This document shows, piece after piece, positions 50,005-58,209 of a stretch of DNA of 64,000 bases. The position numbers and the translations under genes were made by a program. The notes under the pieces were generated by a model. The model saw nothing but the letters and a program-made list of their open reading frames with translations. It made no database searches and was not told where the DNA came from. The DNA is taken from NCBI GenBank assembly GCA_052034935.1, contig JBPOIB010000001.1, forward strand, positions 316,348 through 380,347, in the 5' to 3' direction. The stretch is from Candidatus Moraniibacteriota bacterium. Its GTDB lineage: Bacteria; Patescibacteriota; Minisyncoccia; Moranbacterales; UBA1568. Numbering within the stretch: the first letter of the stretch is position 1; each line of letters begins with the position of its first letter.

Positions 50005-50054
50005 AAATATACACCCTTTACCGGGTGCTCTGCAAGAGTTTTGTCAAGAGTCGC

Positions 50055-50528
50055 CTACTCTTTCGCGGCACCCATGTCAGCCAGCACTTCAGCGACATGC
50101 TCAGCCGGCTTCACTGCATTATAAATTTTTGAAATCTTCCCTTTTGGATCGATGAGGAATGAGACGCGATTCGTTCCCATGTATTCGCGACCCATAAATT
50201 TCTTCTTCCCCCATACCCCGTACAGCTCGACGACTTTCTTTTCTTCATCAGCCAAAAGCGTAAACGGCAGCTCATATTTCTCCGCGAACTTCGCATGCTT
50301 CTTCGCCGAATCGGTCGAAACCCCGAGCACTGCCGCGTCCAGTTTTTTCAACACAGAGAAGTTATCCCGGAAACTACAGGCTTCGACCGTGCAGCCAGGG
50401 GTATCGTCTTTCGGGTAGAAATAGAGCACGACCCACCGTCCTCGGTACTGCTTCAATGAATGCATATCGCCATTCTGGTCAGGCAGTTTGAAATCCGGTG
50501 CCGCTTTGCCAACTATTGGTACAGACAT
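50055..50528 (-). CDS. bcp: Thioredoxin-dependent thiol peroxidase BCP
   Basis: YFYPKDDTPGCTVEACSFRD. Confidence 0.96.
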   Translation of the reverse strand: MSVPIVGKAAPDFKLPDQNGDMHSLKQYRGRWVVLYFYPKDDTPGCTVEACSFRDNFSVLKKLDAAVLGVSTDSAKKHAKFAEKYELPFTLLADEEKKVVELYGVWGKKKFMGREYMGTNRVSFLIDPKGKISKIYNAVKPAEHVAEVLADMGAAKE

Positions 50529-50577
50529 ACTATTTCCGTGATAAGAAAATTGGATAGGATTAATTCTAACACAAATG

Positions 50578-50620
50578 AAAAAGCCCGAGACGCTGCACTT
50601 GCGCGCTTTGTCTCGGGCTT
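50578..50620 (-). terminator. Intrinsic terminator after the 60-aa orphan ORF
   Basis: AAGCCCGAGAC...GTCTCGGGCTT plus a T-run. Confidence 0.7.
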
Positions 50621-50648
50621 CACAGTCTTGTCAGCGTTGCTGATTCGA

Positions 50649-50831
50649 CTAATTGGTGACCACTGACTCCTCGGCCGACTGCCCAGACGACTCTTCGCCT
50701 GGAACGTTCACCGCTTCTACCGAATCACCCAAAGGCCGGTGATAGGTCAGGTAGTGGCGAGCCATGCGCATGACCACCGCACGATGATGGGAGAAACCGC
50801 TCGTTGGCGGCGTTTGCTGTGCATCTGCCAT
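50649..50831 (-). CDS. Orphan small protein (60 aa)
   Basis: Own promoter TTGACG-N17-TACACT (50935-50907), TAAGGA SD, and a terminator. Confidence 0.55.
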   Translation of the reverse strand: MADAQQTPPTSGFSHHRAVVMRMARHYLTYHRPLGDSVEAVNVPGEESSGQSAEESVVTN

Positions 50832-50956
50832 GTGTAACGAAAATCCTTATTGTGAAGTTACGGAATACCCTTGCCTCGCTGTTGTCTCGACGAACGAAGC
50901 GGAGATAGTGTATCAGGAAATAATGGTTCCGTCAACTTTCGATTAGAAAAAGCTAT

Positions 50957-50985
50957 TTGACACCAAAAAAGAGGCTGTTTATACT
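50957..50985 (+). promoter_or_regulatory. Near-consensus sigma70 promoter
   Basis: TTGACA-N17-TATACT. Confidence 0.85.
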
Positions 50986-50991
50986 GGGCCC

Positions 50992-51096
50992 ATGGAAACA
51001 TATCGGTCCATGTTTATGCGTTTTATCTGTTCCCTCTCCTTTTGGGAGAAGGGAGACCGATTTGTTTTTGCTCTTGAACGTATCCGCCGAAGATAA
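50992..51096 (+). CDS. Putative leaderless leader peptide (34 aa)
   Basis: ATG 6 nt after the -10: METYRSMFMRFICSLSFWEKGDRFVFALERIRRR*; overlaps attenuator hairpin segments. Confidence 0.55.
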   Translation: METYRSMFMRFICSLSFWEKGDRFVFALERIRRR

Positions 51097-51146
51097 GGCA
51101 CCTCGATAGCAGAAAGAAGCCGGTCTCCCAATGGAACCGGTTTTTT
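51031..51146 (+). promoter_or_regulatory. Transcription attenuator (protector / antiterminator / terminator)
   Basis: TCCCTCTCC pairs with GGAGAAGGGA; GGGAGACCG (51051-59) pairs with CGGTCTCCC (51121-29); GCCGGT..ACCGGT plus a T-run forms the terminator. Confidence 0.65.
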
Positions 51147-51179
51147 GTTCGCTAACAACCTATCGCAAGGAGTAGCATT

Positions 51180-51371
51180 ATGCTCGAAGGAGCCGATTTT
51201 CACGACCTTCGGATGATGGAGATGGGGCCGTTCCACACCCAAAGAACTCCTGTCATTCGACCAGAAGATACCCAAACTCGTTCTACGGAACCACTCTCGA
51301 AAGCGGCTCCTCCTGGTCCGGAGAAAAAGGAAGTGCTTATTTTCCCAAGTCTTTGGGATCAGGGCGACTGA
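51180..51371 (+). CDS. Orphan small protein (63 aa) downstream of the attenuator
   Basis: AAGGAG SD; Pro/Thr-rich middle; followed by an AGACGCC..GGCGTCT hairpin. Confidence 0.6.
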   Translation: MLEGADFHDLRMMEMGPFHTQRTPVIRPEDTQTRSTEPLSKAAPPGPEKKEVLIFPSLWDQGD

Positions 51372-51434
51372 TCAATCGTCAGCACCACTCTCGGCCGGTA
51401 CCAAACACAGACGCCAACGAAATCGAGGGCGTCT

Positions 51435-52655
51435 TTACTTTATCCCAAATATTTTTTTTCCTTGTAGCCTCTTCGGAAGATATTCTTGCGTCGCCTCCGT
51501 CGCATCCTTGAAATCAGGCGTATACTTGTACCCTTCACCGTATCCAAGAGACTTCATCAGCTTCGTCGGAGCATTGCGGAGATGGAGCGGTACCGGTTCG
51601 TTCGGATATTTGGCAATATCTTGCTTCACTTGGCCGTAAGCCATGTAGAGTGCATTCGATTTCTTCGACTGCGCAAGATAGACCACGGCCTGGGCGAGGT
51701 TGACTTCGCACTCCGGCATCCCGATGAATTGGCATGCTTGATACGCTGCAACTGCCTGTGGGAGCGCGAACGAATTCCCCATCCCGACGTCTTCGGAGGC
51801 GAAACGGACTAATCGACGAGCGATATAGAGCGGGTCTTCACCAGCTTCGAGCATCCGTCCAAGCCAGTAGAGGCTCGCATCAGCATCCCCGCCGCGCATC
51901 GATTTATGAAGAGCCGAGATGATAGTATAGTGTTCCTCCCCGTCTTTGTCGTAGAGGAGGTGTGATCGCTCAACAATTGCTTCGACGATCTTCACGGTAA
52001 TCTTCTTTCCGAAGCTCGCGCACGCCTCGAGGATATTGTAAGCCGCCCGAGCATCGCCGCCGGAAATCGCCGCGATAAAGTGAAGTGCTTCTGGATCCGC
52101 CTTGGCACGTTTTGTCTTCAATTCCTCATCTTGTTCCAGCGCTTGGGATAAAAGCGTCTCGATATTTTCTGGAGCGTGTCGTTCCAGAACAAGCACCCGA
52201 GTCCGCGAAAGGAGGGCCGCGTTTACTTCGAAGCTCGGATTTTCGGTCGTCGCACCGATGAGTGTCACCGTCCCATTTTCAACATGCGGCAAGAGTGCGT
52301 CTTGCTGCGACTTGTTCCAACGGTGAATCTCATCAATGAAAAGAATAGTCCGCGCGCCGAGCCGCTGTGTCGCTTTGGCTGCTTCGACGACTTGGAGCAG
52401 ATCTTTCTTCCCGCTTTCAACACCGGAAAGAGAAATAAAGTGCGAGCGTGTTTCGGCTGCAATCAGGCGCGCCAGAGTCGTCTTGCCGCTTCCCGGCGGT
52501 CCCCAGAATAAAAGCGAGGGCACGCGATCTTCCTCTATTGCCTGACGGAGAAATGAACCCTCGCCGAGAACTTTTTTCTGTCCCAGAAAATCAGCCAACA
52601 TCTTCGGTCTCATCCGTTCGGCGAGCGGCACCAGCGGTTCTGTTTCAGTCGGCAT
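51435..52655 (-). CDS. rarA: Replication-associated recombination protein A (RarA/MgsA)
   Basis: [55 protein letters not shown]. Confidence 0.96.
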   Translation of the reverse strand: MPTETEPLVPLAERMRPKMLADFLGQKKVLGEGSFLRQAIEEDRVPSLLFWGPPGSGKTTLARLIAAETRSHFISLSGVESGKKDLLQVVEAAKATQRLGARTILFIDEIHRWNKSQQDALLPHVENGTVTLIGATTENPSFEVNAALLSRTRVLVLERHAPENIETLLSQALEQDEELKTKRAKADPEALHFIAAISGGDARAAYNILEACASFGKKITVKIVEAIVERSHLLYDKDGEEHYTIISALHKSMRGGDADASLYWLGRMLEAGEDPLYIARRLVRFASEDVGMGNSFALPQAVAAYQACQFIGMPECEVNLAQAVVYLAQSKKSNALYMAYGQVKQDIAKYPNEPVPLHLRNAPTKLMKSLGYGEGYKYTPDFKDATEATQEYLPKRLQGKKIFGIK

Positions 52656-52660
52656 AAAGG

Positions 52661-53464
52661 CTAATTCGAACCGTCTGCATCCGAAAAAACAAGCGAGAGT
52701 CCGACCGGACAGTGGTCCGATCCGATAATGTCTGAGAGCACAATCGACTCTTTCACATTCGGCATGAGAAGCGGATCGACGAAGAAATAATCGATCCGCC
52801 AGCCGACGTTGCGCTCGCGCGAACGGGTCTTCATATCCCACCAAGTATAGGCGACCTCTTTCGGATGGAGATGGCGGAAAACGTCAACGAAGCCCTCTTT
52901 AACCAGACTATCAATCCAAGCGCGCTCCATGGGCATGAAACCTGAAGTTTTTTCATTCTCTTTCGGCCGGGCCAGATCGATTTCCTGATGCGCTGTGTTC
53001 ACATCGCCGCAGACAACGATTTTCTTTCCCTGCTTCTTCAAGTGGAGGAGGTAGTGCAGGAATTCTTCATAGAACTGCATCTTGTACTGAAGCCGGAGAT
53101 CACCCGATCCGCCGTTTGGGAAATAGACATTGAGGAGGGTGAAGTGACGGAATTCCATTTCGATCACCCGACCTTCTCGAGAGAGAAGATTGTCGCCGAA
53201 AAAAGTCTTTACGGAAAAAGGACGTTTTTTCGTATAGATACCGACGCCGCTGTAACCCTTCTTTTCGGTCGAGCAGTTGAAATAGCTGGTATAGCCGTCC
53301 GGATTCCGGAGATCTTCCGATAACTGATCCGGGTCGCTGATTTTGGTTTCTTGGACCGCCACGATCGGAAACTTCCCCTGCTGCATCCAGGCGATGAAGT
53401 CTTTCTTGCCGGCCGAGCGAAGGCCGTTTACGTTCCAGGAGATGAGGGTATATTGCTCTTGCAT
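52661..53464 (-). CDS. xth: Exodeoxyribonuclease III
   Basis: SWNVNG, QETK, GYSGV, YFPNG, GDVN, WRIDY, SDHCP. Confidence 0.96.
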   Translation of the reverse strand: MQEQYTLISWNVNGLRSAGKKDFIAWMQQGKFPIVAVQETKISDPDQLSEDLRNPDGYTSYFNCSTEKKGYSGVGIYTKKRPFSVKTFFGDNLLSREGRVIEMEFRHFTLLNVYFPNGGSGDLRLQYKMQFYEEFLHYLLHLKKQGKKIVVCGDVNTAHQEIDLARPKENEKTSGFMPMERAWIDSLVKEGFVDVFRHLHPKEVAYTWWDMKTRSRERNVGWRIDYFFVDPLLMPNVKESIVLSDIIGSDHCPVGLSLVFSDADGSN

Positions 53465-53503
53465 AGGCTCGGATATGCCTTATCCTAGCATTGTTTCAAG
53501 GCG

Positions 53504-53543
53504 AAAAAAAGAAGACCGCCCGGACTCGAAGAGTCTTGGGCGG
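53504..53543 (-). terminator. Intrinsic terminator after the 43-aa ORF
   Basis: CCGCCC-a-AGACTC-ttc-GAGTC-c-GGGCGG followed by TCTTCTTTTTTT. Confidence 0.8.
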
Positions 53544-53567
53544 CGAACGACATCGTGGAGAAGCGGT

Positions 53568-53699
53568 TCAATCCACTTCACTTCCGGGTGTGCCGGCATC
53601 AGCGCACCACAGACGGCCAGTGCCGGTGTGGGGGCGGAACATGAGCCAGAGGACGACTGCAATCACGGCGGCGAGGGATAGATATCCGGCGATTTCCAT
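53568..53699 (-). CDS. Small single-TM protein (43 aa; not in ORF track)
   Basis: MEIAGYLSLAAVIAVVLWLMFRPHTGTGRLWCADAGTPGSEVD*; GGAG SD; flanked by promoter and terminator. Confidence 0.7.
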   Translation of the reverse strand: MEIAGYLSLAAVIAVVLWLMFRPHTGTGRLWCADAGTPGSEVD

Positions 53700-53751
53700 G
53701 TGAGTCTCCAAGGGACAAGCGCAGCCAAGACCACCTCAGCTACTTGAAAAC

Positions 53752-53780
53752 ATTATACACCTAAAATTCTTTTTCGTCAA
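53752..53780 (-). promoter_or_regulatory. Near-consensus sigma70 promoter
   Basis: TTGACG-N17-TATAAT. Confidence 0.85.
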
Positions 53781-53801
53781 TACCAAAGTACTGACTGGCA
53801 A

Positions 53802-54998
53802 TCAAGATTGTTTTGGTTGCTTTTCCATTTTTGAATCGATGAGATGGCCACGGCCCGAAAGCTTGAGCACAAGATGGTCCAGTTCGGTAAAACGCCGTTT
53901 CTTCTCGTGGATATCGATTTCCTCTTTTATTTTCAAAGCCGCCGTCCCAGGGCGAGGTGAATACCAAGCGATGAAGGCCTTGGAAAATTTCACTCGTCGC
54001 GCGATATCGAGCGTCTCTTCAAAATCCTCCCTGGTTTCGCCCGGGAAACCAACGATGATATCGGTCGTAAATTCGACATCCGGAACCTTGGCCCGAATCC
54101 GATCAATGAGCGCAAGATATTCGTCTCGGGTATACCAACGGTTCATCGCCTTGATGATTTTATCGCTCCCCGCCTGGATTGGAAGATGAAGCAGGCGATC
54201 GATATTTGGATGCTTCGCGATTACCTCGATGAGCTCGTCGGAAAAATCCCACGGATTCGCTGAGAGAAACATCACCTTCTCGACGCCGGGAATTTCTGCG
54301 ACCGCTTCGAGGAGATGCGGGAAGAGCGTCGGGATACGGTGCCGACCAAGATGTTTGACCATCACCGGTTTCACTTTCTTTCCTTCCGGCAACTCGTATT
54401 CCGAACCATCCTTTATTTTTTCTATCAGGAAATCAGCCCCGTACGAATTTACGTTCTGACCAAGCAGCATAATCTCGGTCTTTCCAGACCTGACTGCCTC
54501 ATGTGCTTCATGAAGGATTTCCCCGAACACCCGAGATCGCTCTTTGCCGCGCGAAAACGGAACGATACAGAACGCACAGTAGTTATTGCAGCCGTTCGAA
54601 ATCACAATCGAAGCCATCTTGCCACCCGCTCGTTTCGGCGCGTGCTCGAACCCGACGTCTTCCATCGGCAGAAATTCCTCGTTCGGAAGACGCGATTTCA
54701 TCCGCTTCATGAGCTTACCCGACGGTTCTCGCGCCGCTGCCCCAACCAAACAACCAGTGACGACGATATGGAGATCCTCCGGCCCACGCCCGGCTTTCTC
54801 ACGGAGATTCTGAACAAGACCGTAAACCTTCTCCTCGGCTCGGTCGCGGACGATGCATGTATTTACGACAAGCGTGTCTGCATCATCAAGGCTCGTCGCC
54901 AGCTCAAAGCCACGCGCTTCGTATTGGCTCGCAATCCGCTCCGAATCAGCCGTATTCTGCTGGCAGCCGAAGGTTTGGATGAGGTATTTTTTGGACAT
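53802..54998 (-). CDS. miaB: MiaB-like radical SAM methylthiotransferase (no TRAM domain)
   Basis: TFGCQQN..DSE, NTC, TGC, GCNNYCAFCIVPFSRG.ERSR, GQNVNSYG, TDIIVGFPGET, YSPRPGT. Confidence 0.85.
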   Translation of the reverse strand: MSKKYLIQTFGCQQNTADSERIASQYEARGFELATSLDDADTLVVNTCIVRDRAEEKVYGLVQNLREKAGRGPEDLHIVVTGCLVGAAAREPSGKLMKRMKSRLPNEEFLPMEDVGFEHAPKRAGGKMASIVISNGCNNYCAFCIVPFSRGKERSRVFGEILHEAHEAVRSGKTEIMLLGQNVNSYGADFLIEKIKDGSEYELPEGKKVKPVMVKHLGRHRIPTLFPHLLEAVAEIPGVEKVMFLSANPWDFSDELIEVIAKHPNIDRLLHLPIQAGSDKIIKAMNRWYTRDEYLALIDRIRAKVPDVEFTTDIIVGFPGETREDFEETLDIARRVKFSKAFIAWYSPRPGTAALKIKEEIDIHEKKRRFTELDHLVLKLSGRGHLIDSKMEKQPKQS

Positions 54999-55037
54999 AG
55001 TAGAGCTAGGACAGGATACCGGGGATGAGGAGATAAA

Positions 55038-56027
55038 TCAACGCTCAGCAAATTCAGTTTGGCCATTCGTTTTAAGGAGAATCGGAAGTTCGGCGAACGT
55101 GATGCGCTTCGTCGATAAATCAAACACCGCTCGAATTACCAGCCCAGACTGTGTCTCGGGACGGAAATACTGGTCGAAGATAAGATTGCCAAGCGAGTAA
55201 TAGATCCGTTTCCCGCGATACTCCTCAGTCGCTTGGACGACATGTGGATGCGAACCGATAACGAGATCTGCTCCCGAGTCTACGAATTCATGTCCCAGGA
55301 CTCTCATCTCTCGGGTCGCTTCAACGTATTCTTTTCCCCAGTGGGCGTAAACGACGATAAAATCGGTCTGATCTTTCACGAGAGCAATATCCTCAATCAC
55401 TTTCTCACGACCGCGCCAGATGAACTCATTGTAGTTCACGAACCCGATTCTGATACTAGAGATGGTTCGAATATGGACGCGCTCATCAGTAGAAAGTGGT
55501 GAACCAAAATAATCGACCCCGGCCTGTTCCAAAGATTCCTTGGTCTGACGGACACCATCGTGTTTGAAATTCAGGATATGATTATTCCCGATATTCACGA
55601 GACTGATATTTTCCTGCTTCAAAAGGCCAGCCGTTTCAACCGGAAAGGTAAAGGTATAGTTATTCCTCGACCCCTCGACACTTGCTTCGCTCACCGAGGG
55701 CATATCAGTAATCGGCCCCTCGAGATTCGCTACGACCAGATCAGCCTTCTGAAATTCCGGTCGCAGTCCGTCAAAAACAAAAGTTCCGCCGTGCTTATCT
55801 ATAACATCGCGGATATAGCGATCAAACTGCATATCGCCGCCGAAAAGAATAGTAGCTTTTGATAGCGGAAGGGATGGCTCGCGGCTCTCAAGTTGTGACC
55901 TCTGCCCAAAAAGCTCACTGTTTTTTGGCTGAGGTGTTTGGTTCATTCGCAAGAATAGCCAGCCAGCGAGAATAATCGCCACAATACCGACAATGGCCGC
56001 TAGGAAAAAACGTGGAGGAAGATACAT
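55038..56027 (-). CDS. CapA (PGA_cap) family metallophosphatase-like protein
   Basis: GDMQFDR, NLEGP, NNH, HWGKEY, GSHPHV, YSLGN; N-terminal TM helix. Confidence 0.92.
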   Translation of the reverse strand: MYLPPRFFLAAIVGIVAIILAGWLFLRMNQTPQPKNSELFGQRSQLESREPSLPLSKATILFGGDMQFDRYIRDVIDKHGGTFVFDGLRPEFQKADLVVANLEGPITDMPSVSEASVEGSRNNYTFTFPVETAGLLKQENISLVNIGNNHILNFKHDGVRQTKESLEQAGVDYFGSPLSTDERVHIRTISSIRIGFVNYNEFIWRGREKVIEDIALVKDQTDFIVVYAHWGKEYVEATREMRVLGHEFVDSGADLVIGSHPHVVQATEEYRGKRIYYSLGNLIFDQYFRPETQSGLVIRAVFDLSTKRITFAELPILLKTNGQTEFAER

Positions 56028-56036
56028 ACTGGTGGA

Positions 56037-57077
56037 CTAACCCTGTTTTGACTTCTCAACGGTAAGCTGGCCGCAAGCAGCAGCGATATCTGCTCCCATG
56101 GTACGGCGGCGCGTCACGTCGATCCGGGCATCAAGCAATTTCTCTTCGAAATGAATCAGCGCCGAACTCTGGCTCGTGGAGTATTTGCTTTTTGTATCGT
56201 TATACGGAATAAGATTCACTTTTACCTTGCCAACTTTTCGAGCGAAAGCGATCAATTTTTCCGCATGACCCGGTGTATCATTCACGCCCGCGAGCATCAC
56301 GTATTCGAATGTCAGGTGCCGGCGGCGGCTTTCGAATTTTTGGAAATACCGGACCGTCCACTCGGCGAGATCGTCGAGGAATTTGGGGTATGAACTCGGC
56401 ATAATATCGGTCCGAGTTTTTGTATCAGCGCTGTGAAGCGAGACCGCCAGGCGGACCGGTGGCCATGTCTCGTCGGTCAAAATTTTCCGTAGCATCGGAA
56501 TAAGACCGACCGTCGAGACGGTCAGTCGCGTGGGCCCCATATCCGTATGGGCGAGAAATGCCTGAAGTGACTGCTTGACATTCTCGTAGTTGGCGAGAGG
56601 CTCCCCCATTCCCATATACACGACATTCGATATCCGCTGGTCCAGATCATGTCGAGTAGAAAGAAAGTGCATCCAGTAGCGGTACTGGTCGATGATCTCA
56701 TCAGCTGTCAAATTCCGGGTAAAACCCATCTTTCCGGTTGCACAGAATGTGCAGGCCATCGCACACCCGACCTGCGAAGAAACGCAGATACTCCAGAAAC
56801 CGCGCGCGTTCTGCATGAGCACGGTTTCAATCCGCTTCCCATCGACTGTTTCAAGAAGAGCCTTGAACGTATCTTTTTTTACACTCTGGAGCAAGGCACT
56901 TTCTTTTAAAGAAATCCATGGGACTTCAGCGGAAAGCCTTTCCCGCCACTCTTTGGAAAGAACGGTAACATCATCCCAGGCTTTCCAGTCGGACCGAAAA
57001 AGCGCAGCCGTAATCTGGCGGCGACGGAAAGCAGGCTCCGCAGCAAGCATTTGTTCAAGTGTTTCGTTTCGAGTCAT
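56037..57077 (-). CDS. rlmN: 23S rRNA A2503 C2-methyltransferase RlmN
   Basis: CVSSQVGCAMACTFCATG, MGMGEPL.N, SLH, NLIPYN, AACGQL. Confidence 0.95.
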   Translation of the reverse strand: MTRNETLEQMLAAEPAFRRRQITAALFRSDWKAWDDVTVLSKEWRERLSAEVPWISLKESALLQSVKKDTFKALLETVDGKRIETVLMQNARGFWSICVSSQVGCAMACTFCATGKMGFTRNLTADEIIDQYRYWMHFLSTRHDLDQRISNVVYMGMGEPLANYENVKQSLQAFLAHTDMGPTRLTVSTVGLIPMLRKILTDETWPPVRLAVSLHSADTKTRTDIMPSSYPKFLDDLAEWTVRYFQKFESRRRHLTFEYVMLAGVNDTPGHAEKLIAFARKVGKVKVNLIPYNDTKSKYSTSQSSALIHFEEKLLDARIDVTRRRTMGADIAAACGQLTVEKSKQG

Positions 57078-57125
57078 GAAAAATATCGTCTCGAAACTTT
57101 ACACTTTTTCAAGAGAAAAGTCAAC

Positions 57126-57455
57126 CTACTTATCCTCTTTGCGTGCGCCCTCAAAAAGATCGCGTTCAGGTGTTCTTGTCTCCAGATGCCTTGTACGATC
57201 TTCTCCGAGCCGATTCAAAGCATCCATAAATTTTCCCTCCTGGAAGGCGGTTTCTTTAGCGGTCGAATCGAGATATGATTTGCGCTGCTCCGGCGTCCAT
57301 GAATAATGGTACAGGTAACGATACCACTGTTGGCCGGCGAATCCCGTCAACAGCAGAAAGAGGAAAACGAAGAGCAGCTTGTAGTGCCGTATCCAGACAT
57401 AGAATGCCTGACGCCGGATTTTATCAAACGAGAGTTTTTTCATGGAGAGCTTCAT
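57126..57455 (-). CDS. Single-TM hypothetical protein at the end of the pilMNO operon
   Basis: One TM helix, C-terminal RDLF; directly after pilO. Confidence 0.7.
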   Translation of the reverse strand: MKLSMKKLSFDKIRRQAFYVWIRHYKLLFVFLFLLLTGFAGQQWYRYLYHYSWTPEQRKSYLDSTAKETAFQEGKFMDALNRLGEDRTRHLETRTPERDLFEGARKEDK

Positions 57456-57465
57456 AGGTCATTTT

Positions 57466-58209
57466 CTAGTCTTTCATATAGACTACGGTTTCAAACACTG
57501 CATCCAGGCGAAGTTTAGGCGCCACAACCGGGGCCGCTGGGATCAAGGCAGTTTCACCAAAAGGATTCAGCGCGCCCGACTCAGGCGCAACGAGGTCTCC
57601 TTCTTCGGGGTGTTCCTTGATATTCAAACCAATGACGTCCAGAGCAAAGGGTATCGTCTCAAGCTGGTGCAAGTACCGCACAATAGAGCGGTACTCGCCC
57701 GTAAGCGTAATCGTCAGCTTGAGGAATTTTTTGATCGGCAGTTCGGCAATAATCCCCGTTTCCTTAACAGCGCCTCGTTTCGTCGGCTCAGCTGGATTTT
57801 CAGATTTTTCTCCGACAACCGGTTTGCTCCCCTCTTTTTTTTCCGCCAGAGTCACCTTGCTTTCCAAAAAAGCATTATCCCTTGACTCAATCTCTATATC
57901 AACTCCGTTGGAAAGCGCTAGTGATTCAAGTTGCTCAATAAAATCAACGAGTCGCTCCTTACTCAAAATGATTTCTAATTCTTCCGCACGCTCTTTGATA
58001 AGCCCATGCTGCTTTTCGAGATCCGGTAAGCGCTCGAGTTGTTTGCCTCGATATTCCTGAGTAACTGAGAGTTTCTGGATAGAATCCATCCGGTCCTTGA
58101 TCACGGAGAGAAAAGGCCGAATACCGAACCAGCCGATAAGCCCGATGAGAGAGAGAAGGGCTATCTGCCAAAGCAGCGGCTTGATTTTTTCCCAGCTAGC
58201 GTTTTGCAT
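57466..58209 (-). CDS. pilO: PilO-like type IV pilus assembly protein
   Basis: TM helix, coiled coil, LTGEY..I..YL..LE motif; follows pilN. Confidence 0.75.
   Translation of the reverse strand: MQNASWEKIKPLLWQIALLSLIGLIGWFGIRPFLSVIKDRMDSIQKLSVTQEYRGKQLERLPDLEKQHGLIKERAEELEIILSKERLVDFIEQLESLALSNGVDIEIESRDNAFLESKVTLAEKKEGSKPVVGEKSENPAEPTKRGAVKETGIIAELPIKKFLKLTITLTGEYRSIVRYLHQLETIPFALDVIGLNIKEHPEEGDLVAPESGALNPFGETALIPAAPVVAPKLRLDAVFETVVYMKD

Noticed and set aside
50979-51275. 98-aa minus-strand ORF across the attenuator
   Set aside because: No SD or protein-like features; promoter, SD and terminator all point to the plus strand
53343-53703. ORF-track calls 53343-53681, 53480-53662 and 53491-53703
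   Set aside because: They run through the terminator; the 43-aa frame 53568-53699 fits the promoter, SD and terminator
55038-56027. Poly-gamma-glutamate capsule system suggested by the CapA-family gene
   Set aside because: No capB/capC nearby; stand-alone CapA-family proteins are widespread
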